From NCBI GenBank assembly GCA_963746845.1, contig CAVVCZ010000001.1:288001-352000 (forward strand): a stretch of 64,000 nt of DNA, read 5' to 3'. The translations under genes and the position numbers were made by a program. The notes beneath the pieces are model-generated. The model ran no database searches, was not told the origin of the DNA, and saw only the letters and a program-made list of their open reading frames with translations. The stretch is from an uncultured Chloroflexia bacterium. Its GTDB lineage: Bacteria > Chloroflexota > Limnocylindria > Limnocylindrales > CSP1-4. Positions 10,937-19,758 of the stretch are shown piece by piece (positions within the stretch are counted from its first letter, which is position 1; every line of letters begins with the position of its first letter).

Positions 10937-11638
10937 GTGAGGTTCCAGGATGCGGCGCCGGATGCCCGAGCCGTCGTCTACGCGGGGATCCAGGCCGAGC
11001 CGCTCGTGGCACGGGCGGCCGCACTGCTCGCCGATGCCGGCCCGGACCAACGGATCCTCGCCCGGGCGGTCATGAATGGATCGTCCACCGAGCCGGCGGC
11101 GTGGCGGGCGATGGCGCCGAGCCTGTTCGGGCCGGCCGCGGCCGTCCCGGGACCGGACGGCGATCGAGATCGGAGCGAGGCGATCCTCGCCGTCGCGCTC
11201 GAGGTGGCGGAGCGTGGCGAGCAGATCCGCTCCCAGGTGCGCGGCGCGATCGTCGAGGCCCTGACCGAGCTCCTCGCGGGCCGGAGGACCCCGGACGCGA
11301 GCGTCCGGCGCGAACGGCGGATCCTGTTCGACGGCGTGCGCGCCGAGATCCACCCGTATGACGTTACCGTCGAGACGAGCGGCGCATCCGAGGCCATCGA
11401 CTGCAAGTGGGGAGCGCGCGGGATCAACGCCGACGTCCTCCACCAGCTCGACGACGCGCGGTCGCACGCAGCCGACGAGGACGAACGTCTCGCTGTCACC
11501 CTCGTCGTCTTCGACGCCCGCCGGTCCTGTGACGTGCGGCTCGCCCGCGAGACGGCACCGTTCGCCGGCACCGGGCTCATCTCGCTCGAGATGCTGGACG
11601 ACCTGGCGCGCGCCCCGTCCGGACGGGCCGCGCGATGA
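10937..11638 (+). CDS. Hypothetical protein with a PD-(D/E)xK nuclease-like C-terminal domain
   Basis: HPYDVTV...EAIDCKW followed by helix and strand; stop overlaps the next ATG. Confidence 0.55.
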   Translation: MRFQDAAPDARAVVYAGIQAEPLVARAAALLADAGPDQRILARAVMNGSSTEPAAWRAMAPSLFGPAAAVPGPDGDRDRSEAILAVALEVAERGEQIRSQVRGAIVEALTELLAGRRTPDASVRRERRILFDGVRAEIHPYDVTVETSGASEAIDCKWGARGINADVLHQLDDARSHAADEDERLAVTLVVFDARRSCDVRLARETAPFAGTGLISLEMLDDLARAPSGRAAR

Positions 11639-12435
11639 CGGCGTCGGCGCCCGGAACCGCTGCGGGCTGGCGGTCCTTCCACGAGACGTCGTATCGGGTC
11701 CGGTTCGACGAGGCGGGCCCGGACGGCGTCCTCCGAACGTCCGGGTACATGCGCTACGCGCAGGATCTTGCCTGGCTCCACTCCACGGCACTCGGGTTCG
11801 GGCGAGAGTGGTACGCCGAGCGCGGTCTGACCTGGCTCGTCCGGGCCGCCGAGCTGACGATCCGCGCGGATGCCCCGATGGGGACCAACGTCACGGCCCG
11901 GACCGAGGTCGTGGGCATGCGCCGGGTCTTCGCCCGCCGCCGCGGGACGTTCCGGCTTGCCGACGGCAGTCTCGCCGGCCGGGTCCACACCGACTGGGTC
12001 CTGATCGACGCACGTGGGGTCCTCACCCGCGTCCCGCCGGTGTTCGGCGAGATGTTCGGCGGCGACCAGCTCCACGACGGGGTCGGGCGGATCGCCCTGC
12101 CGCCCACGCCGCCCGACGCGTCGCGGCTGGCGCTCACCGTGCGACCGCACGAGCTGGACCCGATGGGCCACGTGAACAACGCGGTCTATCTCGACTGGTT
12201 CGAAGAGTGCCTCGCGGTGCATCCCGGCGGGGCCGCCGCGACCGCGGTTGTGCCCCGCCGCTATCGCTGCGAGTTCAGCCTGGCCGCGGAGCCGGGGGCC
12301 GCGCTCGAGGGCGCCGTCTGGCCTGACGGGGATGGCTGGAGCTTCCGTCTGATCGACGCGACGACCGGCGCGGACCTCTTCCGGGCACGGCTGGAGACGA
12401 AGGTCGAGACCACCGACGACGAGGAGGATCGATGA
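11635..12435 (+). CDS. Acyl-ACP thioesterase (double hot-dog fold)
   Basis: YRVRFDEAGPDG and ELDPMGHVNNAVYLDWFEE motifs. Confidence 0.85.
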   Translation: MTASAPGTAAGWRSFHETSYRVRFDEAGPDGVLRTSGYMRYAQDLAWLHSTALGFGREWYAERGLTWLVRAAELTIRADAPMGTNVTARTEVVGMRRVFARRRGTFRLADGSLAGRVHTDWVLIDARGVLTRVPPVFGEMFGGDQLHDGVGRIALPPTPPDASRLALTVRPHELDPMGHVNNAVYLDWFEECLAVHPGGAAATAVVPRRYRCEFSLAAEPGAALEGAVWPDGDGWSFRLIDATTGADLFRARLETKVETTDDEEDR

Positions 12436-13634
12436 CGCGGATCGTGCTGCACGGGGGCCGGCTGTTCGACGGAACGGGGAGCGAGCCGTCCGAGGCCGAT
12501 GTCGCGATCTCGGAGGGTCGGATCGTCGACGTCGGGTCCGACCTCGACGGCGACGAGCTGGTCGACGTCGCCGGCCGGACGATCCTGCCCGGCCTGTTCG
12601 ACTGCCACACCCACGTCTGCCTGTCCCACGTCGACGCGTGGAAGGTCGTCCAGGAGCCGTTCTCGCTCCAGTTCTACGACGCCGCGGAGAACCTGCGGAA
12701 GACCCTCGAGGTGGGGATCACCACGATCCGCGACGCCGGTGGCGCCGACCTCGGGATCCGGACGGCCGTCGAGCGGGGCCTGATCCCCGGTCCCCGGATG
12801 CAGATCTCGATCGTGATGCTGAGCCAGACCGGCGGGCACGGCGACGACTGGTTCCCGTCCGGTGTCGACGTCCCGCTGATGGCCAACCACCCCGGGCGAC
12901 CGTCCGGGATCGTCGACGGCGCCGATGCCGTCCGGCGGAAGGTCCGCGAGCTGCACCGGATGGGCGCCGACGTCATCAAGGTCGCGACGTCCGGCGGCGT
13001 CCTGTCGCCGCGCGACGATCCGCGCCACGCTCACTTCCGGCCGGCCGAGCTCGAGGCGCTCGTCGAGGAGGCGACGGCCGCCGGGATGTACGTCATGGCC
13101 CATGCCCAGGGCGCCGACGGGATCAAGAACGCGGTCCGGGCGGGCATCCGCTCGATCGATCACGGGATCTACCTCGACGACGAGGCGATCGAGCTGATGC
13201 TCCGCCACGGGACCTGGTTCGTGCCGACCCTCGTGGCCCCGCAGGGCGTGCTCGACGCCGTCGACGCCGGCGTGCCCCTTCCGCCGGCGGTCGTCGACAA
13301 GGCCCGGATGGTGCTTGACATCCACCGGGCCGCGTTCCGGAAGGCCGTCGAGGCCGGCGTCCGGATCGCGATGGGGACCGACTCCGGCGTGACGCCCCAC
13401 GGACGGAACCTCCGCGAGCTCGCCCTGATGCAGGCCGGCGGGATGACCCCCGCCGCGGTCCTCGAGGCGACGACGCGGAGCGCCGCCCAGCTCCTCGGCG
13501 TGGACGCGACGCTCGGGACCGTCGAGCCAGGCAAGATCGCCGACCTCGTCGTGCTCGCCGGCGACCCGTTCGACTTTGCCGGGATGGCCGAGCGGGTCGA
13601 GGGAGTCTGGAAGGACGGCGTTCGCGTCATCTGA
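12432..13634 (+). CDS. Metal-dependent amidohydrolase (prolidase/Xaa-Pro dipeptidase-like)
   Basis: PGLFDCHTH, VIKVATSGG, AHAQG, SIDHG, GTDSG, GKIADLVV. Confidence 0.9.
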   Translation: MTRIVLHGGRLFDGTGSEPSEADVAISEGRIVDVGSDLDGDELVDVAGRTILPGLFDCHTHVCLSHVDAWKVVQEPFSLQFYDAAENLRKTLEVGITTIRDAGGADLGIRTAVERGLIPGPRMQISIVMLSQTGGHGDDWFPSGVDVPLMANHPGRPSGIVDGADAVRRKVRELHRMGADVIKVATSGGVLSPRDDPRHAHFRPAELEALVEEATAAGMYVMAHAQGADGIKNAVRAGIRSIDHGIYLDDEAIELMLRHGTWFVPTLVAPQGVLDAVDAGVPLPPAVVDKARMVLDIHRAAFRKAVEAGVRIAMGTDSGVTPHGRNLRELALMQAGGMTPAAVLEATTRSAAQLLGVDATLGTVEPGKIADLVVLAGDPFDFAGMAERVEGVWKDGVRVI

Positions 13635-13653
13635 CGCGTGCCACAATCCGTCC

Positions 13654-14934
13654 ATGGCGATCGCCGAGCCGGCCGCATCCGAATCCCTCCACCAGACCTG
13701 GCAGGCCCGGACGCCGCGGTCCGCCGCGCTGTTCGAGCGAGCCGGGCGGGTCCTGCCCGGTGGCTCGACCCGGACCACGGTCTTCGCGCCGCCGTACCCG
13801 CCGTACCTGACGGGTGGCTCCGGCATCCACGTCCACGACGTCGACGGGAACGACTACCGCGACTTCCTGGGCAACTACACGTCCCTGATCCTCGGGCACG
13901 CCCACCCCGCGGTGGTGGCCGCGGTCGAGGCGCAAGTCCGGCGCGGGTCGGCCTTCGGCGCCCCGAGCGAGCTCGAGATCGCCCTCGCCGAGGAGCTCGT
14001 CCGCCGGATCGATTCGGTCGAGCGGGTGCGCTTCACGAACTCCGGCACCGAGGCCACGATGTTCGCGATCCGGGCCGCCCGCGCGGTGACCGGTCGGTCG
14101 CTCGTCGGGATCTTCGAGCGGGCCTACCACGGGACCCACGACACGGTCGTCGCCGGCTCGCCGGGGGTGCCCGGCCCCGTCGGGGAGCTCGTCGTCACGC
14201 TGCCGTGGGACGACCCGGAGGGCGTCGATCGCGCGCTGGCGGGCCACGAATCGGACCTGGCGGCGATCGTCATCGAGCCGATCCAGGGTGCCGGCGGCGT
14301 GCGTGCCGCCGCGCCGGAGCTACTCGCGCATCTCCGGGCCGTCTGCGACCGGATCGGAGCGCTGCTGATCTTCGACGAGGTCATCTCGTTCCGGGCCGCA
14401 CCGGGTGGCGCCCAGTCGCTGACCGGCGTCCGGCCGGACCTCACGACGCTCGGCAAGATCATCGGCGGCGGGTACCCGCTCGCGGCGTTCGGGGGCGCGG
14501 CCGGGATCATGGACCGGTTCGACGCCCGGCGATCGGGCGCGCTGACCCACGGCGGGACGTTCAACGGAAACCCGGTCGGGGCGGCCGCCGGTCTCGCGAC
14601 CCTCGCGCAGCTGCCTCCATCGGTCTACGACGAGCTCGCGATGCGGGCGACGCGACTCCGGGAGACCGTCGCGGCACGAGCGGCGGCCGCCAGTGTCCCC
14701 GTCCGGGTCGACACCGCGGCGTCGCTCTTCCAGGTCCGGCTCGGCGACCACACCGCCGCCTCGGCCGTCGCCACGGGCACGGGCGCGGCCGACCTGTTCG
14801 TCCGGCTCCTCCTCGCCGGCTTCTACCTGGCCCCGCGGGGGATGGGCGCGATCGCGACCCCCGCAACCGACGCCGACGTCGACGATCTCGCCGGTGCGAT
14901 CGTCGAGGCGGCCGCGTCGGTGCCGACCGGCTGA
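13654..14934 (+). CDS. Class III PLP aminotransferase (glutamate-1-semialdehyde aminomutase-like)
   Basis: FTNSGTEATM, YHG, LIFDEVISFR, DLTTLGKIIGGG, HGGTFNGNP. Confidence 0.88.
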   Translation: MAIAEPAASESLHQTWQARTPRSAALFERAGRVLPGGSTRTTVFAPPYPPYLTGGSGIHVHDVDGNDYRDFLGNYTSLILGHAHPAVVAAVEAQVRRGSAFGAPSELEIALAEELVRRIDSVERVRFTNSGTEATMFAIRAARAVTGRSLVGIFERAYHGTHDTVVAGSPGVPGPVGELVVTLPWDDPEGVDRALAGHESDLAAIVIEPIQGAGGVRAAAPELLAHLRAVCDRIGALLIFDEVISFRAAPGGAQSLTGVRPDLTTLGKIIGGGYPLAAFGGAAGIMDRFDARRSGALTHGGTFNGNPVGAAAGLATLAQLPPSVYDELAMRATRLRETVAARAAAASVPVRVDTAASLFQVRLGDHTAASAVATGTGAADLFVRLLLAGFYLAPRGMGAIATPATDADVDDLAGAIVEAAASVPTG

Positions 14935-14951
14935 GGGATCGGAGGCGGAAG

Positions 14952-15389
14952 ATGCGGACGAACCTGTCGATGGCCGATCTCGGGGACCTCCTCGAGCGGC
15001 CGATCCTCGCGGTCATGGCGACCCGCCGGCCGGACGGGACGGCGATGCTCTCGCCGGTCTGGTACGAGTGGGATGGCGACGCCATCGTGATCTGGACCAC
15101 CGGACCCACCGAGGGCAAGAACCGCCACCTCGCCGCCGATCCACACACGACCGTCGTGATCGCCGAGCCGGTGATGCCCTATCGCGGGCTCGAGGTGACC
15201 GGTTGGGCCGAGCTGACCTCCGAGGGGTTCGACGCCGCCGTTCGGCGGATCAGCGCACGCTACGTGAGCCAGGCCGAGGCCGACCAGCTGGCCGCAGGGT
15301 TCGAGCAGCCTGGCACGCTCATCCGGATCCATCCGGACCGGCTGCGCGCCTGGGACTTCGTCGACGAGTGGAACGAGGCGCCGGCCTGA
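14952..15389 (+). CDS. PPOX-class (pyridoxamine 5'-phosphate oxidase family, probably F420-binding) protein
   Basis: AVMATRRPDG..LSPVWYEWDG, KNRHLAADP; GGAGG RBS before ATG 14952. Confidence 0.8.
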   Translation: MRTNLSMADLGDLLERPILAVMATRRPDGTAMLSPVWYEWDGDAIVIWTTGPTEGKNRHLAADPHTTVVIAEPVMPYRGLEVTGWAELTSEGFDAAVRRISARYVSQAEADQLAAGFEQPGTLIRIHPDRLRAWDFVDEWNEAPA

Positions 15390-15422
15390 CGGGCCCCGCC
15401 GGCCTGAACCGCGCCGGTTCCG

Positions 15423-15884
15423 TCAGCCCTCGCCGGCTCGCCAGGAGGTGTAGATCGGCGGCCAGTCGTCGGCGGTCGGACGGCGGCCAAGGAGCGCGTG
15501 CTCGATGTCGAGCTCGAGGAGCCGATAGCCGTCGCCGTGAGCGTCGAAGGCCCAGGCCGCGTGCGCGTGCTCGCGGAGCGTTGGGTCTGTGACGTCGCGA
15601 GACCGCCCGCGGACGGCGAACTCGTCGGGCGCCGCCGGGTCGACGTGGGTGTGGAGGGCAAAGCGCGGGTCGACGGCCAGGTCCCGGGCCTTCGCGGAGC
15701 GGGCCTGGATGAAGGTCAGCAAGCGACCGTCCACGATCTCGGCGTAGACCGGGTTGATCCGCGGCGGCTGTCCGTCCCGGATGGTTGCCAGGAGGCCCTC
15801 GCCGATCCCGGATCGGGTCAGCAGGCGGCGGCCGGTCGCCGCCATGTCCGGGTTCGCGGTCTCCAGGTCGTGCCAGGTGGCCAT
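15423..15884 (-). CDS. Pyridoxamine 5'-phosphate oxidase family protein
   Basis: LATIRDGQPPRINPV and SAKARDLAVDPRFALH motifs; GGAGG RBS. Confidence 0.78.
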   Translation of the reverse strand: MATWHDLETANPDMAATGRRLLTRSGIGEGLLATIRDGQPPRINPVYAEIVDGRLLTFIQARSAKARDLAVDPRFALHTHVDPAAPDEFAVRGRSRDVTDPTLREHAHAAWAFDAHGDGYRLLELDIEHALLGRRPTADDWPPIYTSWRAGEG

Positions 15885-15895
15885 GCGTCCTCCGG

Positions 15896-16024
15896 TCAGC
15901 TGAGTGTCGTCGTCAGGCGATCATCGGCGAATCCGTCCCGGCTCTCTGCGCCGAACAGCACGGCGGCGATGTCGAGCGCGATGAGTGCGGCCACCGCCGC
16001 GACGAGTGTGATCAGGGCTTCCAT
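15896..16024 (-). CDS. 42-aa single-TM small protein (MEALITLVAAVAALIALDIAAVLFGAESRDGFADDRLTTTLS)
   Basis: AAGGAG RBS before ATG 16024; hydrophobic helix then GAESRDG; stop 11 nt before the PPOX start. Confidence 0.7.
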   Translation of the reverse strand: MEALITLVAAVAALIALDIAAVLFGAESRDGFADDRLTTTLS

Positions 16025-16049
16025 GAATGGGCTCCTTCGGTCGTTGTGC

Positions 16050-16104
16050 GGTCCGGTGCTGATGCCATGGTCGCTTGCAACCGGTCCTCTGGTAAGGTCC
16101 GGTT
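16050..16104. promoter_or_regulatory. Candidate MocR operator in the divergent promoter
   Basis: GGTCC at 16050, 16083 and 16096; imperfect inverted repeat AACCGGTCCT-N6-AGGTCCGGTT. Confidence 0.45.
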
Positions 16105-16106
16105 CG

Positions 16107-18017
16107 ATGACGAGAACGAAGACCAGTTCGGCACTGGAGCTCCTGCTCCAGCTCGACCGCGCCGGCCCCGATCCCCTCCATCGCCAGGTGGAGCGGGCGA
16201 TCCGTGGCGCCATCCGCGACGGGCGTCTCGAGGCCGGCACGGCCCTGCCGTCCAGCCGAGCGCTCGCGTTGCAGCTGATGGTCTCCCGCGGCATCGTCGT
16301 GGAGGCCTATGAGCAGCTCGTTGCGGAGGGATACGTCGTCAGCCGGCCCGGTGGATCCACCCGGGTCGCGCGCTCCGCGGCCGTGGCGGAACCGTCCCGC
16401 ATCCAGCTGGAGCCGGCGTCGTACGCCTGCGACTTCCGTCCGGGACGGCCCGAGGTCCGCGAGTTCCCGCGCACCGCCTGGCTTCGTGCGCTGCGCCGCG
16501 TTCTCGCCACCTCCCCGAGCGAACGGCTGACGTATGGGGCCGGTCACGGCATGCCGGAGCTCCGAACGGCGCTCGCCGGGTACCTCAACCGGGTCCGTGG
16601 CACGGCCGCAGATCCGGCCGACGTCATCGTCTGCACCGGGTTCGCCCAGGGCCTCTGGCTCGTCGCGCGGGCGCTCGCCGCAACCGGCGCGCGGGTCGTG
16701 GCCGTCGAGGACCCATCGGACGCGGAGTACCGGCGGACGATCGAGGCGAGCGGTCTTCGATGGGTCGCGATCCCCGTCGACGACGGCGGGATGCGCGTCG
16801 ACGCGCTGGCCGCCACCGACGCGGATGCGGTCGTGGTGACGGCCGTCCATCAGTACCCGACCGGCGCGGTGCTCGCGCCCGACCGGCGCACCGCGCTCGT
16901 CGACTGGGCGGAGCGGCGGGCCGCGACGATCATCGAGGACGACTACGACGCGGAGTTCCGCTACGACCGCGAGCCGATCGGGGCGATCCAGGGCCTGAGC
17001 CCCGGCCGGGTCGTCTACGCCGGCTCGGCGAGCAAGATCCTGGCCCCGGGCCTCCGGCTCGGGTGGCTCGTCGCCCCGCCGTCGCTGGTCGAGCCGATCG
17101 CCGCCGCGAAGGTGGCCGCGGACATGGGCTCCGCGGCGCTCGACCAGCTCGCGTTCGCCGACATGCTGGAGCACGGCGAGCTCGACCATCACCTGCGGAA
17201 GATGCGGCCGATCTACCGCCGGCGACGGGACACGCTCCTCGCGGCGCTCGCGCGGCATCTGCCCGATCTGCGGCCCACCGGGGCGTCGGCCGGGCTCCAC
17301 GTCCTCGCCTGGCTGCCTCCGGACCTCCGGATCGACGAAGTCACGATCCTCGCCGCCGCCGACCGGGAGGGGATCGCGCTGGCCGGGCTCGCGTCCCGCC
17401 GGGTGGCGCCGGGCCCGGCCGGCCTGGTCTTCGGGTACGGGGCGATCGACGACGCAGCGATCGACGACGGCGTCCGCTCCCTGGCGGGGGTGATCGCCCG
17501 GCTGAGGACGGACCCCGATCCGGACCGACCGATCGTCGCCGTCTACGGCACCCTGCGACGGGGCGAGCGGAACCACGCCGCTGATCGCGAGTGCCGAGTC
17601 GCTCGGGCCGGCCACGACCGCAGGCCGCTTGTGGGGCCTCCGCTCGAGCGCGGAACGGTCCTACGGCTATCCGGCGCTCGTCCACGACGCGGACGGACGC
17701 GTCGCCGTGGAGCTCTACCGGTTGCGGGATCATGCCCACCTCGCTCAGCTCGACGCGCTCGAGGCGTACGACCCGGACGACGAGCCGGGCTCCGAGTACC
17801 TGCGCCGACGGGTGGCCGTGGCCGACGGACCGGTTCCATCCGCCTGGGCGTACCGCCTGGCCGGGTCGATCCCTCCGTCCGCCGAGGCGATCCCCGACGG
17901 CGACTGGACCCGTCACGACCGCGACCGATGAGTTCCCGGCGCGAGCGTTGTCTCGATGGGTGGCGCCCGGAGCAATTGCTCCCGGCGCCTCCGCTGTCCC
18001 GCTCGGCGCGCGGTTGA
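16107..18017 (+). CDS. MocR/GabR family regulator (GntR wHTH plus PLP aminotransferase domain); read as given it runs into the start of a GGCT domain and then a nonsense tail
   Basis: LPSSRALA, VVEAYEQLVAEGY, HQYPTG, IIEDDYDAEFRY, SASKILAPGLRLGW. Confidence 0.85.
   Translation: MTRTKTSSALELLLQLDRAGPDPLHRQVERAIRGAIRDGRLEAGTALPSSRALALQLMVSRGIVVEAYEQLVAEGYVVSRPGGSTRVARSAAVAEPSRIQLEPASYACDFRPGRPEVREFPRTAWLRALRRVLATSPSERLTYGAGHGMPELRTALAGYLNRVRGTAADPADVIVCTGFAQGLWLVARALAATGARVVAVEDPSDAEYRRTIEASGLRWVAIPVDDGGMRVDALAATDADAVVVTAVHQYPTGAVLAPDRRTALVDWAERRAATIIEDDYDAEFRYDREPIGAIQGLSPGRVVYAGSASKILAPGLRLGWLVAPPSLVEPIAAAKVAADMGSAALDQLAFADMLEHGELDHHLRKMRPIYRRRRDTLLAALARHLPDLRPTGASAGLHVLAWLPPDLRIDEVTILAAADREGIALAGLASRRVAPGPAGLVFGYGAIDDAAIDDGVRSLAGVIARLRTDPDPDRPIVAVYGTLRRGERNHAADRECRVARAGHDRRPLVGPPLERGTVLRLSGARPRRGRTRRRGALPVAGSCPPRSARRARGVRPGRRAGLRVPAPTGGRGRRTGSIRLGVPPGRVDPSVRRGDPRRRLDPSRPRPMSSRRERCLDGWRPEQLLPAPPLSRSARG
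17521..17931 (+). pseudogene. Gamma-glutamylcyclotransferase (AIG2-like) domain split by a 1-nt frameshift near 17577
   Basis: VAVYGTLRRGERNH in the MocR frame continues in the +1 frame as PLIASAESLG...YPALV...VELYRL...LDALEAY...EYLRRRV...AWAY...IPDGDW*. Confidence 0.75.
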
Positions 18018-18199
18018 CCGCCGCGCGACCGCGGAGCAAGATGCGATCCGGCGCCGTCCCGCGCCCGACCTCCATCCCGGCGCTCACGCCGCCGGCCCGG
18101 GAGGTAGAGGTGGCTCTGCCATCGGGATCGTGATCGTCGTCGCCCTTCGGAGGGGCATCGGGAGCGTGGGTCCCGGGCCTGCCGCCGCAAGGAGCTGAC
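18014..18199 (+). promoter_or_regulatory. Sigma70-like promoter and ~150-nt structured 5' leader
   Basis: TTGACC-N17-CAAGAT at 18014-18042; stem ACCTCC...GGAGGT (18068-18105) enclosing GGCG-CTCA-CGCC; second hairpin near 18142-18157; AAGGAG RBS. Confidence 0.5.
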
Positions 18200-18937
18200 A
18201 TGACCACCCAGAAGGCCCTCAAGCGCCGCGTCCGGACGCGCATGTCGAAGACCGGCGAGGCGTACGCCGCCGCGCGCCGCCAGGTCCTGGCCCGGGCCCC
18301 GGAGCCGGAGCCGCCCGCCGAGGAGGCCGCCCCGTCGCCCGCCGAGGCGGCCCGAACCGGGACGACCCGGACCTCGTCTGACGAGGCCGTTCTCGCCCGG
18401 ACGGGTCGGCGACGAGCCGAGTGGTTCGCGCTGCTCGACGCCTGGGGTGCCGCCGATCGATCCCACCGCGACATCGCCCGTTGGCTCGCGACCGAGCACG
18501 AGGTCGATGGCTGGTGGGCGCAGGAGGTGACGGTCGACTACGAGCGGGCCATCGGCCGGCGACAGGTCGGCGAGCACCTCGACGGCTTCTCGATCACCGT
18601 CTCGCGGACGATCGGCGTCCCCGTCGAGCGGCTGTTCGACGCCTTCGTCGAGGCGGACCTTCGGGCGCGCTGGCTGCCGGACGTCGAGCTGACCGTCCGG
18701 ACGGCGACACCCCACCGGACCGCACGATTCGACGTGGGCGGCGGGCCGACCCGGCTCGCGATCGGCTTCACCGCCAAGGGCCCCGACCGCAGCACCGTGG
18801 CCATGGAGCACGCACGCATCCCCGACGCGGACGCGGCCGAGCGCTGGAAGGCGAGCTGGCGCGACCGGTTCGCCGACCTGAAGGGAGCCCTCGAGGGCGC
18901 GGACGTCGCGACCGCCGGGCGCGGGCCGGCGGGTTGA
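18200..18937 (+). CDS. Hypothetical protein: basic N-terminal helix, DUF4287-like middle, SRPBCC/START-like C-terminus
   Basis: MTTQKALKRRVRTRMSKTGEAYAAAR; RTGR..EWFALLDAWGA..H..IARWLATEHEVDGWWAQ; SRTIGVPVERLFDAF...RARWLP. Confidence 0.75.
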   Translation: MTTQKALKRRVRTRMSKTGEAYAAARRQVLARAPEPEPPAEEAAPSPAEAARTGTTRTSSDEAVLARTGRRRAEWFALLDAWGAADRSHRDIARWLATEHEVDGWWAQEVTVDYERAIGRRQVGEHLDGFSITVSRTIGVPVERLFDAFVEADLRARWLPDVELTVRTATPHRTARFDVGGGPTRLAIGFTAKGPDRSTVAMEHARIPDADAAERWKASWRDRFADLKGALEGADVATAGRGPAG

Positions 18938-19743
18938 GCAGCTCGAGGGCCGGGCGGGGCCTCGCGACCTCGTCCGACGGGATCCCGATCGTGTATTCGA
19001 TCGGCGGAGCGGGCGCCCCGGCCCTCGTCTTCGTCCACGGCTGGTCGTGCGACCGGTCGTACTGGAGGGAGCAGGTTCCGGCGTTCTCGGGCGATCACCT
19101 CGTGGTGACGATCGACCTTGCCGGGCACGGGGAGTCGGGCTCGGGCCGCGTGTCGTGGACGATGCCAGCATTCGGTGACGACGTCGTCGCGGTGATCGAA
19201 GCGCTCGATCTCGATCGGGTCGTCCTCATCGGCCACTCGATGGGCGGCGACGTCATCGTCGAGGCCGCGCTTCGCCTCCGCGACAGGGTCGCGGGTGTCG
19301 TCTGGGTCGATACCTATCGGTCGCTGGGCCTGCCGTCCGACGAGGCCGAGGACGCGGCGTTCGTCGCCTCGTTCGACGACGACTTCCCGGCGGCGGTCCG
19401 ATCCCTCGTCCGCGACGACCTGTTCCGTCCGACCGCCGATCCGGAGCTCGTCGAATGGGTCGCCTCCGACATGGCGGCCGAGCCGGCGGAGATCGGCCGC
19501 GACGCGATGCGTCACTCGCTCGCCAACGAGGGCCCCATGATCGCGGCGCTGCCGCGGCTCCGGACGCCGGTCGTCGCGATCAACCCGGACGATCCGCCGT
19601 CCGACGTCGAGTCCCTGGCCCGCCTCGGCGTCCGAACGATGGCGACCACCGGGCTCGGCCACTTCCCGATGCTCGAGGACCCAGCCCAGTTCAATCGCCT
19701 GCTTCGGGAGGTGCTCGCCGGCTTGGGCCGGCCGGTCTGCTGA
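18934..19743 (+). CDS. Alpha/beta hydrolase
   Basis: FVHGWSCD, DLAGHGES, GHSMGG nucleophile elbow, GHFPMLEDP; TTG start overlaps the upstream stop. Confidence 0.88.
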   Translation: MSSSRAGRGLATSSDGIPIVYSIGGAGAPALVFVHGWSCDRSYWREQVPAFSGDHLVVTIDLAGHGESGSGRVSWTMPAFGDDVVAVIEALDLDRVVLIGHSMGGDVIVEAALRLRDRVAGVVWVDTYRSLGLPSDEAEDAAFVASFDDDFPAAVRSLVRDDLFRPTADPELVEWVASDMAAEPAEIGRDAMRHSLANEGPMIAALPRLRTPVVAINPDDPPSDVESLARLGVRTMATTGLGHFPMLEDPAQFNRLLREVLAGLGRPVC

Positions 19744-19758
19744 GCCGGCGGCCCGCCC

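Noticed and set aside
13654-14934. Calling the aminotransferase hemL
   Set aside because: No tetrapyrrole genes nearby and the sequence is a shortened, divergent GSA-like paralog; substrate unknown.
15498-16106. N-terminal extension of the 839-aa MocR ORF
   Set aside because: Overlaps two real minus-strand genes; the wHTH domain starts after ATG 16107.
17932-18017. C-terminal tail of the MocR ORF as real protein
   Set aside because: Nonsense-like sequence that results from the frameshift near 17577.
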